Assembly (NCBI GenBank): GCA_963749705.1
Contig: CAVVNQ010000003.1
Span: forward strand, 352,001 to 416,000
DNA: 64,000 nt
Reading direction: 5' to 3'
Origin: an uncultured Chloroflexia bacterium
GTDB taxonomy: Bacteria > Chloroflexota > Limnocylindria > Limnocylindrales > CSP1-4
Shown here: piece after piece, positions 21,477 to 31,412 of the stretch
Layout of the letters: each line of letters opens with the position of its first letter
How positions within the stretch are numbered: position 1 is the first letter of the stretch
The notes under the pieces: generated by a model
The model's input: the letters and a program-made list of their open reading frames with translations, nothing else
The model's database searches: none
What the model was told of the DNA's origin: nothing
Position numbers and translations under genes: made by a program

Positions 21477-22142
21477 ATGGAAGAGATCCTCAACACGATC
21501 GGTGACACGATCGGCGGGTTCCTCGACAACCCGATCGTCCAGCTCACGTTCCAGGCGATCCTCGTCTACTTCGTGATCCTGTGGCTGGCCGCCGCCTACT
21601 GGGCGTTCCGGGACATGCAGCTGCGGACGGACAACCCCGTGATGCCCTACGTGTCCGCGGCGCTGATCGTGCTGTTCACGCCGATCCTGTTCCCGTTCGG
21701 GATCGTCGTGTACCGGATCCTGCGACCCCAGGAGAAGATCGGCGAGATCTACGAGCGCAATCTCGCGGAGGAGGCGCTGCTCGCCGAGGTGGAGTCGATC
21801 CGCACCTGTCCCACCTGCGCGCGCCGCGTCAACGAGGAATGGATCATCTGCCCGACCTGCCGCACGCGTCTCAACCGGGTGTGCGCCAACTGCGGCCGCC
21901 TGGTCGGGCTCGACTGGTCGCTGTGCGCCTGGTGCGGACGCGACTTCGAGCGCGGCGACCTCGCGGCGCTCGAGCCCATCACCGGCGGCCTGGCCGAGCC
22001 CGATCGTCTCGAGGCGACCAGCCGCGCGCCGCTGCGCCCGCCGACGCGGTCCGCCGCGCTTCGGCAGACGCCGCGCTCGGTGGCTCCGCCGCGCTCGGTG
22101 GCGCCGCCAAGCAAGGCGCAGGGGCCGATCTCCGAACCTTGA
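21477..22142 (+). CDS. membrane protein with double zinc ribbon
   Basis: Two TM helices followed by CPTC, CPTC, CANC and CAWC. Confidence 0.85.
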   Translation: MEEILNTIGDTIGGFLDNPIVQLTFQAILVYFVILWLAAAYWAFRDMQLRTDNPVMPYVSAALIVLFTPILFPFGIVVYRILRPQEKIGEIYERNLAEEALLAEVESIRTCPTCARRVNEEWIICPTCRTRLNRVCANCGRLVGLDWSLCAWCGRDFERGDLAALEPITGGLAEPDRLEATSRAPLRPPTRSAALRQTPRSVAPPRSVAPPSKAQGPISEP

Positions 22143-23137
22143 CGGGCCCGTCGGAGCCGCGCTCCGAACCACCCGAGGAGGCCGCGGCGGCCAGCGGCAG
22201 CTCGACGTTCAGCCTCGAGGGACGCGCGGCACCGGCCCTGTACCTGATCGGCTGGCTCGGGGCGGTCATGGGCCTCGCGATCGTGACCCTGTCATTCCTC
22301 GCGTCCAGCAGCGGCGCCGCGCCGTGGATGTTCCTCGGGGGGCTCGTGGTGCTGGCCGTCGGCCTCGTGTCCGCCGCCGGCTCCCAGGCCGTCGAGCGCG
22401 GACGAGATCAGTCCCGGGCCTATCGCGGGCCGTCACCGGTCCTCGCGTTCGTCGCGGTGATCGCCCTCACCCTGGTCGCGATCGTCGTCGTCCTCGCACC
22501 GCTGACGGCGCTCGGGGTGAGCGCCGATTCGCCGCTGGCCACCACGGTGTCACTGGTGCTCACGACGCTGATGTACGTCGCCGTGGTCCGGATGCTGGTC
22601 GTCGGCCCAGGCGCCCTGACGTGGAGCGAGATGGGGCTTCGCCTGCCGCCCGCCGAGGCCGCGCGCGACCTCTTCGTGGGTGCCCTGATCGCGGTCCCCG
22701 TGCTGGGGATCACGCTCCTTCTGGGGGCACTCCTCGCCGGGTTCCTCGAACCGGCCCCAAGCCCGCTGCCGGCGGCCGGCGATGCCCTCGGGCTCGCCGC
22801 CAACCTGGTGTCGGCCGCGGTGCTGGCGCCGATCGGCGAGGAGCTGTTCTTCCGCGGGTTCGCGACCACCGCATGGGCGCGCGTCTGGGGTGCACGGCAG
22901 GCGATCATCCGGGGTGCGGTGTTCTTCGCCCTCGCCCATGTCGTCACCCTGTTCGACGCATCGTTCGGCACCGGGGCGCAGCGGGCCTTGTTCTCGTTCG
23001 TCGCGCTGCTGCCGGTGGGGGTCGCGCTCGGCTGGGTGTTCCTGTCGCGGCGGTCGGTGTACGCCGCGATCGGCCTCCACGCCGCGTTCAACGCCCTGCA
23101 GGTCATCGCACTGTTCGCCAGCGGCGCTGCCGGCTGA
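22139..23137 (+). CDS. CPBP (CAAX/Abi) intramembrane metalloprotease
   Basis: APIGEELFFRG, FALAH and HAAFN motifs. Confidence 0.9.
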   Translation: MTGPSEPRSEPPEEAAAASGSSTFSLEGRAAPALYLIGWLGAVMGLAIVTLSFLASSSGAAPWMFLGGLVVLAVGLVSAAGSQAVERGRDQSRAYRGPSPVLAFVAVIALTLVAIVVVLAPLTALGVSADSPLATTVSLVLTTLMYVAVVRMLVVGPGALTWSEMGLRLPPAEAARDLFVGALIAVPVLGITLLLGALLAGFLEPAPSPLPAAGDALGLAANLVSAAVLAPIGEELFFRGFATTAWARVWGARQAIIRGAVFFALAHVVTLFDASFGTGAQRALFSFVALLPVGVALGWVFLSRRSVYAAIGLHAAFNALQVIALFASGAAG

Positions 23138-23286
23138 GGTGCCCTGCGGGCCGAGCGCGCGCCGGCTGGGTAGCGGGCTGGCGTCTCCGGGCCACGGCTC
23201 ACGGCTCGGCCTGGCGCGCAGCCGTCCAACTGGCGGCCAAGCCGGCGATGAGCCGGCGGTAAGCACTGCCCGGTAGGCTGCGCCAC

Positions 23287-23363
23287 GTTCCCGGGTCCGG
23301 ATGGCGGGGGAAATCGGCGGGCTTCCGTTGTCCGGATCCGGGGACTCCGGTGCCTTCGTCCCC
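23287..23363 (+). promoter_or_regulatory. long G-U-rich leader hairpin upstream of radC
   Basis: 23287-23310 pairs with 23322-23345 (24 bp, 7 G-U, no mismatches) directly after the TAGGCT -10 box at 23274. Confidence 0.55.
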
Positions 23364-23393
23364 CAGTCAAGCACGCCGCCACGGAGGTTGGTC

Positions 23394-24155
23394 GTGACCG
23401 ATGTCGACGCCCGGGTGGCCGCCGCTCCGGTCCATCGATCCACGTCCAGGTCGGTGCGGGATCTGCCCGCCGCCGAGCGTCCGCGTGAGCGGCTCGCCAT
23501 GCGCGGGCCCGGCGGGCTGTCGGCGGCGGAGCTCATCGCGCTCGTCTGGGGGACCGGCTCCGGTGGTCGCAGCGCGGTCGAGCTGGCCGAGGAGGCGCTC
23601 GCACGGCATGCCACCGTCGGTGCGCTCGCCAGGGCGACGGACACGGAGCTCGCCGTGATCCCCGGTATCGGCGCCGCCAAGGCGGCTCGCCTCGCGGCGG
23701 CCTTCGAGCTCGGACGACGCTCGATCGCGGAGCGTCCCGCGGGGCGCTGGACGATCCGATCGCCGCGCGATGTCGCGGATCGCCTGCTGGTGGACATGGG
23801 CAGGCTGGAGCGTGAGGAGCTCCGGGTGCTGAGCCTCAACGCGAAGAACGCCGTCCAGCGGGTGTCCACGGTCTACGTCGGCAACGTCTCGGCGTCGCTG
23901 GTGCGCGTCGGCGAGCTGTTCCGGGACGCCGTGCGGCTCGATGCGTCGGGCGTGATCCTGGTTCACAACCATCCAAGCGGTGACCCCACGCCGTCGCCCG
24001 ACGACCTGCACCTCACCGCCGAGGCGATCGCGGCCGGCCGCCTGCTCGATGTCGATGTGCTGGACCACGTCGTGATCGGCCAGGACGCGTGGATCTCGCT
24101 GCGGGACCGGGGCGTGACCTTCGATCGGGTCGGACCTGGCTCGCCGCGGGGCTGA
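23394..24155 (+). CDS. radC: RadC family JAB-domain protein
   Basis: ERPRERL, HhH GIGAAKA, HNHPSGDPTPSPDD and LDHVVIG; GGAGG at 23383. Confidence 0.93.
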   Translation: MTDVDARVAAAPVHRSTSRSVRDLPAAERPRERLAMRGPGGLSAAELIALVWGTGSGGRSAVELAEEALARHATVGALARATDTELAVIPGIGAAKAARLAAAFELGRRSIAERPAGRWTIRSPRDVADRLLVDMGRLEREELRVLSLNAKNAVQRVSTVYVGNVSASLVRVGELFRDAVRLDASGVILVHNHPSGDPTPSPDDLHLTAEAIAAGRLLDVDVLDHVVIGQDAWISLRDRGVTFDRVGPGSPRG

Positions 24156-24211
24156 GCCCGGTCAGCGACGAGGCGCTCCGGAGCCGCTCGCCGGCCTGCC
24201 CGTCCGCGCGA

Positions 24212-26245
24212 TCAGATCGCGCTGGCGACGCGCAACCCCTCCAGCACGGCCTCCTCGACCGTCCGCGGCGCCAGACAGTCACCGATCCCGTGGATCTCGA
24301 TCGGGTGACCCGCGGCCGACCGCAGGTCCGTGCGTGCGGCGAGCGCGTCGAGGAGGGTCGACTCCGGCAGGTGCCCGTGGGCGAGGACGAGCGCCGCGAC
24401 GTCCTCGACGATCACGGCCTCCTCGGTCAGCGTGTGTTGGAGGAACACGGCTGACCCGTCATACCCGAACGGCCGGGTGAGCGGCAGGATGGTCACGTGG
24501 GCCCGGTTGAGGGCGGCGATCGAGGCGTCGCGAACGTACTGCTGGATCCGGAACCCGGGCGTGTAGCCGTTGACCGCGAGGGTCACGGGGTGGCCCGCTG
24601 CCGCCAGCAGCAGCGCCACGCCGGGCCCGATCCAGTCACAGCGCCAGTCGACCACGACGATCCGGCCCGACGGGACCTCCGTCCCCCGGATCACCTGCCA
24701 CGCGTCGAGCACGAACGGGTCGTTGGCGAGCTCGAGCGGTGGACGGTAGGGCAGCGCACCCGTCGCGACGATCACCGCGTCGGGCGCCGCTTGCTCCACC
24801 ACCCCGGCATCGACGGGCGAGCCGGTGATGATATGAACGCCGGCGCGCTCGGCCTCGCCGCGCAGGTTCGTGACGACGCCGCCGAACTCGGCGCGGCCGG
24901 GCAGCAGCTGGGCGAGCAGCACCTGGCCCCCGACCCAGCGCCCGGCCTCGTGGAGCGTCACGTCGTGACCGCGCGCCGCCGCGACCGCAGCAGCCTTGAG
25001 GCCGGCCGGACCGCCGCCGACGACCATCACCCGTCGCCGTTCGCCGGGCCCGACCGGCACGCGAGCCCCGAACTCCAGCTCCCGCCCGCTCTCCGGGTAC
25101 TGGATGCACGAGATCGGGTAGCCCGCGTGGAAGTGACCGATGCACGCCTGATTGCAGCCCACGCAGGCCCGGATCTCATCGAGCCGGCCGGCAGCAGCCT
25201 TGGCCGGGAGCAACGGGTCCGAGATCAGCGCGCGCGTCATCGCGACCGCATCGGCCTGCCCGAGCTCCAGGATGTGCTCCGCCTCCTGTGGCTGGTTGAC
25301 CCGCCCGGCGACCAGGACCGGCACCCGCACGACGGCCTTTGCCGCCGCCGCGAGCGGCGCCGTGTACGCGTTGGCCATCGTCATCGGCGGCACGATGTGG
25401 TCCGAGCCCGCCAGGGTCGCCGACGTGCCCGCGACCACGCTCACGTAGTCGGGACCACCGTCGCCATCGAGCGCCGCCAGCGCCTCGAGGGTCTCGTCGC
25501 GCTGCAGCCCCTCGGCGGACTGCTCGTCGATCGAGATCCTGAGCCCCACGACGACGCCGTCGTCGACTGCGGCGCGCACCGAGGCGATGACCTCGCGCAG
25601 GAACCGGAGCCGGTTCTCGAGCGAGCCGCCGTACGCATCGGTGCGCAGGTTCACGCGCGGGCTGAGGAACTGCGCCGGCAGGTAGCCGTGGCTGGCGACG
25701 ATCTCCACGCCGTCGAGTCCGGCCGTCCGGAGGCGCGCCGCGGACGCCGCATACCCCGCCACGATCTCCCGGATGAGCGGGACGGGCATCGAACGCGGCA
25801 TCGTGTGGAACCGCTCGCTGGGGACGGACGACGGGGCCAGCGGGACGGGAAGCGTGCCGTCGTCGGAGTCCATGATCTCCCGACCCCCATGGAACACCTG
25901 GCCGATGATCCCCGCGCCCTCCGCGTGGACCACCTCGGCCAGCCGCCGGAAGCCGGGGATGCACGAATCGTCCCAGGCGCCCAGGGCGTGCGACGTGTAC
26001 TCGGCGGTCGGGTGGACGGCCGCCACCTGGACCACGATCAGCCCCACCCCGCCGGCGGCCCGCGCCCGCTGATACGCGATCAGCTGCTCGGACACCAGCC
26101 CCCGCTGGGCCATCACCGTGTCGTGACCCGACGAGAAGATCCGGTTGCGGAGCTGCAGCGAGCCCAGGCGCAGCGGTGAGAACAGCCGCGGGAACGGGGT
26201 GGAGCCGGGCTCGATCGGCCCCGTGGCATCGAGCGGGAGGGTCAT
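24212..26245 (-). CDS. NADH:flavin oxidoreductase (OYE/TMADH-DCR family, Fe-S and FAD domains)
   Basis: LRNRI, HGYLPAQFLSP, RTDAYGGSLENR, CVGCNQAC and VVGGGPAG. Confidence 0.9.
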   Translation of the reverse strand: MTLPLDATGPIEPGSTPFPRLFSPLRLGSLQLRNRIFSSGHDTVMAQRGLVSEQLIAYQRARAAGGVGLIVVQVAAVHPTAEYTSHALGAWDDSCIPGFRRLAEVVHAEGAGIIGQVFHGGREIMDSDDGTLPVPLAPSSVPSERFHTMPRSMPVPLIREIVAGYAASAARLRTAGLDGVEIVASHGYLPAQFLSPRVNLRTDAYGGSLENRLRFLREVIASVRAAVDDGVVVGLRISIDEQSAEGLQRDETLEALAALDGDGGPDYVSVVAGTSATLAGSDHIVPPMTMANAYTAPLAAAAKAVVRVPVLVAGRVNQPQEAEHILELGQADAVAMTRALISDPLLPAKAAAGRLDEIRACVGCNQACIGHFHAGYPISCIQYPESGRELEFGARVPVGPGERRRVMVVGGGPAGLKAAAVAAARGHDVTLHEAGRWVGGQVLLAQLLPGRAEFGGVVTNLRGEAERAGVHIITGSPVDAGVVEQAAPDAVIVATGALPYRPPLELANDPFVLDAWQVIRGTEVPSGRIVVVDWRCDWIGPGVALLLAAAGHPVTLAVNGYTPGFRIQQYVRDASIAALNRAHVTILPLTRPFGYDGSAVFLQHTLTEEAVIVEDVAALVLAHGHLPESTLLDALAARTDLRSAAGHPIEIHGIGDCLAPRTVEEAVLEGLRVASAI

Positions 26246-26461
26246 GGCGCGGCGATCCTAGCCGAGGCGGCCGGGCTCCGTGGAGCCCGTTCCCGATCGG
26301 GCGCAGCCCGCTGGGCGTGGACCCGGCCGCGGGTATACTGCTCGGGCTCGCGCGCCGGGTTCGTGCGCGAGTCCAGACCCGCCCCATCCGCGGCCAGCCC
26401 GGCCGCCGCGCTCGCGCCGACACCGGCGCCCAGTCCACGCAGCAAGGATCTGCCCACCAGC

Positions 26462-27520
26462 ATGCTCGACCGTATCCTCGGCCTGTTCTCCCGCGACATC
26501 GGGATCGACCTCGGCACGGCCAACACGCTCGTGCACGTGCGCGATCGCGGGATCGTGATCTCCGAGCCGTCCGTGGTCGCGATCGACGCCAAGACCAAGC
26601 GCGTGCTCGCCATCGGTGCAGAGGCCAAGCGCATGGTCGGCCGCACGCCAGCCTCGATCATCGCGGTCCGCCCGCTGCGCGACGGCGTCATCTCCGACTT
26701 CGACGTCACCGAGCAGATGATCAAGTACTTCGTGAACAAGGTGCACGACCGGGTCGGGCTGATCCCGCGGCCGCGGATGCTGCTGGGCATCCCGTCGGGC
26801 GTGACCGAGGTCGAGAAGCGGGCGGTCCGCGACGCGGCCATGAACGCCGGGGCGCGATGGGCGCGGTTGATCGAGGAGCCGATGGCGGCTGCGATCGGTG
26901 CCGGACTTCCGGTCAGCGAGCCGTCGGGGTCGCTGATCGTCGACATCGGTGGCGGCACGACCGAGGTTGCCGTCATCTCGCTGGGCGGGATCGTCGTCAG
27001 CCGGTCCATCCGGATCGGCGGTGACGAGATGGACCAGGACATCGTGTCGTTCGCGCGCCGCGAGTACAACCTGTTCCTCGGCGAGCGTACCGCCGAGGAC
27101 ATCAAGGTCGCGATCGGGTCCGCGTACCCGGGAGAGTGGGACAGCCAGCGGGTGACGCTTCGCGGGCGCGACCTGCTGACGGGGCTGCCGCGCTCGGTCG
27201 AGGTGGGCGCCGACCAGATCCGCGAGGCGATCGAGGTCTCGGTCGCCCAGATCGTGGACACGATCAAGGACACCATCGAGGAGACGCCACCCGAGCTCGT
27301 GGCGGACATCATGGACCAGGGCGTCGTGCTTGCCGGCGGCGGCGCCCTGCTCGCCGGCCTCGACCGACGTGTCGCCGAGGCAACCCAGATGCCGGTCCAC
27401 GTCGCCGACGACCCGCTGACCTGCGTCGCGCGCGGGACGGGGGTCGTCCTCCAGGAGCTCGCCAGCCCGTCGATGGAGCGCGTGCTCGTCGCCGAGACCT
27501 ACAGCCGACCGCCGCGCTGA
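26462..27520 (+). CDS. mreB: rod shape-determining protein MreB
   Basis: IGIDLGTANT, EPSVVA, EEPMAAAIGAG, DIGGGTTE and AGGGALL. Confidence 0.96.
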   Translation: MLDRILGLFSRDIGIDLGTANTLVHVRDRGIVISEPSVVAIDAKTKRVLAIGAEAKRMVGRTPASIIAVRPLRDGVISDFDVTEQMIKYFVNKVHDRVGLIPRPRMLLGIPSGVTEVEKRAVRDAAMNAGARWARLIEEPMAAAIGAGLPVSEPSGSLIVDIGGGTTEVAVISLGGIVVSRSIRIGGDEMDQDIVSFARREYNLFLGERTAEDIKVAIGSAYPGEWDSQRVTLRGRDLLTGLPRSVEVGADQIREAIEVSVAQIVDTIKDTIEETPPELVADIMDQGVVLAGGGALLAGLDRRVAEATQMPVHVADDPLTCVARGTGVVLQELASPSMERVLVAETYSRPPR

Positions 27521-27572
27521 TCACCGCACTGCCCGCCTCGTCGCGACGAGGCGGGCCCCCGGAGCTCGCGCC

Positions 27573-28532
27573 ATGACCCCACGCCTCGCCAGTCGCCAGG
27601 CCCGCCGTCGCGGCATCACGTTCACGATCCTGCTCGCCGTGACGCTGCTCATGATGGCCTTCTCGGCCAACCCCTACGTCCAGGACTTCCAGCGCGGGAT
27701 GTCGTTCGCGCTGCGACCGCTCCAGGGTGCCATCGCCGGCGTCGCCGACAGCGTCGCGGGGGTCGCCGGGGCCATCGGCGAGATCGACCAGCTTCGAACC
27801 GACAATGCCGCCCTGCGCGACGAGAACGACCGCCTCACCAACGAGAACGCGCGGCTCGAGCTGGTCAAGCGCGAGAACGACCAGCTGACGGCCCTCCTCC
27901 AGCTCCAGACCGGGTTCGACCATGCGACTGTGGCGACGCGCGTGATCGGTCGCGAGTCGCTCGACACTCGACGCCTGGTGATCCTCGACAAGGGCACCGA
28001 TGACGGGATCGCCCTGGGCGATGCGGTCATCGTCCAGGGCGGGGCACTGGCCGGGCGCGTGACCGATGTCGGCCCCAACTTCTCGAAGGTGACCCTGATC
28101 AGCGATCCCACGTCCACGGTCGTGGGCATGCTGCTCAACTCCGGGGCGGCCGGCGAGGTCGGCGGCCAGCCGGGCGGCGTCCTCGTCATGCGCAACATCG
28201 ATTCGTCGGTGCAGATCTCGACCGAGGAGGAGGTCTTCACCGCCGGGATCGAGCTCGCCGGAGGGATCCGTTCCCCGTACCCGAAGGGGCTCCTGCTGGG
28301 CAGCGTGGTGGACGTGCAGCGCGACGTCAACGATGTCGTCCAGACGGCGTTCCTGGTGCCCGCGGCGAACCTCGACTCGTTCGAGATGGCGCTGATCATC
28401 ACCGACTACCAGGGCGGCCTGCCGCCGGTCGACCAGCAGCCGGTCCCGTGCGGGACCGACGGCGTCGTGCCCGACGGCGAGGTGCCCTGCTACACGCCGT
28501 CGCCGCAACCCGGAAGCTCGGCCGGCTCCTGA
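27573..28532 (+). CDS. mreC: rod shape-determining protein MreC
   Basis: TM helix, coiled coil (ENDRL), LDKG-DGI and YPKGLLLG. Confidence 0.92.
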   Translation: MTPRLASRQARRRGITFTILLAVTLLMMAFSANPYVQDFQRGMSFALRPLQGAIAGVADSVAGVAGAIGEIDQLRTDNAALRDENDRLTNENARLELVKRENDQLTALLQLQTGFDHATVATRVIGRESLDTRRLVILDKGTDDGIALGDAVIVQGGALAGRVTDVGPNFSKVTLISDPTSTVVGMLLNSGAAGEVGGQPGGVLVMRNIDSSVQISTEEEVFTAGIELAGGIRSPYPKGLLLGSVVDVQRDVNDVVQTAFLVPAANLDSFEMALIITDYQGGLPPVDQQPVPCGTDGVVPDGEVPCYTPSPQPGSSAGS

Positions 28533-28608
28533 TCCGCCCGCCCGTCGTCCATGGCGTCGCGTGGCGTGGACGTCCGGCGCGGCGTGCCGCCCTGCTAGGC
28601 TGTCGCCG

Positions 28609-29376
28609 ATGAAGGGCCTCGTCCTCGCCGGTGGCACCGCGAGCCGGCTGTTCCCGCTCACGATCGTCACCAACAAGCACCTGCTCCCGATCTATGACCG
28701 GCCGATGATCTACTACCCGCTGGACACGCTGGCCGGCATGGGGATCCGCGAGGTCCTGGTGATCGTCGGCGGCAAGAGCGTCGGGGACATCGTGGAGCTG
28801 CTCGGTGACGGGCGGCACTTCGGCCTGGACCTGACCTACCGCTACCAGCGCGGCGCGCTGGGCATCGCGCACGCGATCGGCCTCGCGCGCGACTTCATCG
28901 GCGACGACTCGTTCTGCGTGGTCCTGGGCGACAACATCCTGCGAGGTCCCTCCCTGGCGGCCACGGCCCAGGCGTTCGACGATGGTCCGTGGGGCGCGGG
29001 CACGCTCCTCTACCGCGTCCCGGATCCGCAGCGGTTCGGCGTCGCGGAGCTGGACGCCGACGGCCGCGTGCTGGGCTTCGAGGAGAAGCCCGATCACCCG
29101 AAGAGCGACCTCATCCCGATCGGCGTGTACTTCCTGCGACCCGACGCGTTCGATGTGATCGAGACGCTGGCGCCATCCGGGCGCGGCGAGTTCGAGATCA
29201 CCGATGTGCTCAACCGCTACATCCCGGCCAGTGGCCTGTTCACGGAGGTGTACGACGGGCAGTGGACGGACGCGGGCACGGTCGCGTCGCTCCTCCACGC
29301 GGCCCAGCTCGCGGGGGCCGACGCCGAGGCCGGCCGCCTCGCGCCGCCGCCGGCGCACCCCAACGACGTCCGATGA
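28609..29376 (+). CDS. rfbA: glucose-1-phosphate thymidylyltransferase (RmlA-like)
   Basis: MKGLVLAGG, RLFPLT, NKHLLPIYDRPMIYY, EEKP, RGEFEITD and WTDAGT. Confidence 0.9.
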   Translation: MKGLVLAGGTASRLFPLTIVTNKHLLPIYDRPMIYYPLDTLAGMGIREVLVIVGGKSVGDIVELLGDGRHFGLDLTYRYQRGALGIAHAIGLARDFIGDDSFCVVLGDNILRGPSLAATAQAFDDGPWGAGTLLYRVPDPQRFGVAELDADGRVLGFEEKPDHPKSDLIPIGVYFLRPDAFDVIETLAPSGRGEFEITDVLNRYIPASGLFTEVYDGQWTDAGTVASLLHAAQLAGADAEAGRLAPPPAHPNDVR

Positions 29377-30473
29377 CCCGCTCGGCCATCCCCGACGCCG
29401 CCCATCTCCTGGTCACCGGCGGAGCCGGGTTCATCGGCAGCCAGCTCGTGCGTGACGTGCTGGGCCGCCGCGACGGCACCCGGATCACCGTGCTCGACAA
29501 GCTCACCTACGCCGGCAACCGGGCGAACCTCGCGGCCGTCGAGGCCGACCCGGAACAGGCGGCGCGGTTCGCGTTCGTCCACGGCGACATCGCCGATCCG
29601 GCCGTGGTGGCGCCGCTTGCCGCCGCCGCCGACGCCATCGTGAACGTCGCCGCCGAGACCCATGTCGACCGCTCCATCCTGGATCCCGAGGCGTTCCTTC
29701 GGACGGGCGTGATCGGGGTGCACGTCCTGCTGGAGGCCGCCCGTCGCGAGACGGAGCGTGCCCGTGCCGGCGAACGGCCGGCCGCGCCTCGCTTCCTCCA
29801 GGTCAGCACCGACGAGGTCTACGGCTCGATCCCGACCGGCCGCAGCGTCGAGACCGATGCCCTCGCGCCGCGCAGCCCGTACGCGGCGGCGAAAGCGGCC
29901 GGCGAGCTGCTCGTCCGCGCCTACCACGTGACGTATGACGTCGACACCGTCGTGACCCGGGGCTCGAACACGTACGGGCCGTACCAGCACCCGGAGAAGC
30001 TGATCCCGCTGTTCGTCACCAACGCGCTGGCCGGAGAGCCGCTCCCGATGTACGGCGACGGGATGCAGATCCGCGACTGGCTCCACGTTGCGGACCACGC
30101 CGCGGCCATCGACTTCGTGCTCCGCCACGGGGAGCCGGGCGACGTCGTCAACGTCGCCGGCGGCACCGAGCTGCCGAACCGGGACGTCATCGGGCGGCTG
30201 CTGGCGGCGTGCGGCCGCGACTGGTCCCTGGTGCGGACGGTACCCGACCGGCCGGGCCACGATCGCCGGTATGCGATGGACGGCAGCAAGCTCGACGCGC
30301 TCGGCTGGGAGCCACGGGTGCCGTTCGAGCAGGGGCTGCCGGCGACCGTTGCCTGGTACCGCGAGCATCCCGACTGGATCGCGCAGTCGCGGACGGCCGA
30401 CTGGGACGCCTACTACGCCCGCCAGTACGCCGAGCGGCTGGAGCGCGGCGTCGTCGTCGACGAGGTGCGCTGA
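29373..30473 (+). CDS. rfbB: dTDP-glucose 4,6-dehydratase
   Basis: TGGAGFIG, DKLTYAGN, AAETHVDRSI, STDEVYG and DRPGHDRRY. Confidence 0.95.
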   Translation: MTRSAIPDAAHLLVTGGAGFIGSQLVRDVLGRRDGTRITVLDKLTYAGNRANLAAVEADPEQAARFAFVHGDIADPAVVAPLAAAADAIVNVAAETHVDRSILDPEAFLRTGVIGVHVLLEAARRETERARAGERPAAPRFLQVSTDEVYGSIPTGRSVETDALAPRSPYAAAKAAGELLVRAYHVTYDVDTVVTRGSNTYGPYQHPEKLIPLFVTNALAGEPLPMYGDGMQIRDWLHVADHAAAIDFVLRHGEPGDVVNVAGGTELPNRDVIGRLLAACGRDWSLVRTVPDRPGHDRRYAMDGSKLDALGWEPRVPFEQGLPATVAWYREHPDWIAQSRTADWDAYYARQYAERLERGVVVDEVR

Positions 30474-30476
30474 CCG

Positions 30477-31412
30477 GTGCGGGTGGCCGTCACCGGCGCG
30501 CGCGGCCGGCTCGGCAGCGCGCTCGTCGAGGCCCTGGGCGCGTCGCCGTTCACAGGGGCCATGGGCCCGATCGCCTGGAGCCGGCCGGAGCTGGACCTGG
30601 ACACCCTTGACGTGGCGTCCGCGACCGCGCTCATCGATCGGGATCGCCCCGAGGTCGTGATCCACGCGGCAGCCTGGACCGATGTCGACGGCTGCGCCCG
30701 GGATCCGCAGCTCGCCCGGCGACGCAACGCGACCGCGACGGGGGAGCTTGCGGCTGCCTGCGCCGGGCGCGGGGTCGACCTGATCCTGATCTCGACCAAC
30801 GAGGTCTTCGACGGGTGGCGCGCGGACGGCACCGGGTACGCCCCGGACGACGTGCAGAACCCGATCAACGCGTACGGCGCGAGCAAGGCCGGGGCGGAGC
30901 GGCTCGCTCGCGAGGCGATCGAGGGTGGGGCAGGGGCAACCTCGCGCCTGGCGGTGGTCCGGACCGCGTGGCTCCACGGGCCGCCGGGCGGTGACTTCCC
31001 GGCCAAGATCGCGGCGGCGGCCATCCGGGCCCGCGATGCCGGGCAGCCACTGCGTGTCGTGGGCGACGAGATCGGCAGCCCGACCTACGCACCGGACGTG
31101 GCCGAGGCGCTGTGCGAGCTCCTTGCGGAGGACGCCTATTGCCCCGCTGGACCGGGCAGGGTCGCGGTCCACCACCTGGTCAACGAGGGACGCGCCTCAC
31201 GCGCCGACTGGGCACGGGAGGTGCTGCGCGCCACGGCAATCGATGTCGTCGTGCTCGACATCCCGGCCGCGGATTGGCCCCGCGCCTCCACCCCGCCGCG
31301 GTGGGCCGTGCTCGAGCCCACGTCGCTGCCCTCGGGTGAGCCCATGCGCGACTGGAGAGCGGCGTTCGCAGATGCGGTGCCGGCGCTCAGGCGAGCGCTC
31401 CGAGCGGGCTGA
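30477..31412 (+). CDS. rfbD: dTDP-4-dehydrorhamnose reductase
   Basis: TGARGRLG, AAWTDVDG, PINAYGASK and GSPTY. Confidence 0.9.
   Translation: MRVAVTGARGRLGSALVEALGASPFTGAMGPIAWSRPELDLDTLDVASATALIDRDRPEVVIHAAAWTDVDGCARDPQLARRRNATATGELAAACAGRGVDLILISTNEVFDGWRADGTGYAPDDVQNPINAYGASKAGAERLAREAIEGGAGATSRLAVVRTAWLHGPPGGDFPAKIAAAAIRARDAGQPLRVVGDEIGSPTYAPDVAEALCELLAEDAYCPAGPGRVAVHHLVNEGRASRADWAREVLRATAIDVVVLDIPAADWPRASTPPRWAVLEPTSLPSGEPMRDWRAAFADAVPALRRALRAG

Noticed and set aside
22071-22108. 18-bp tandem duplication
   Set aside because: It encodes PRSVAP twice in a disordered tail, which is ordinary slippage
23394-24155. radC as a marker of an ICE or prophage
   Set aside because: It is the full-length HhH+JAB chromosomal type near mreB, with no integrase or transfer genes
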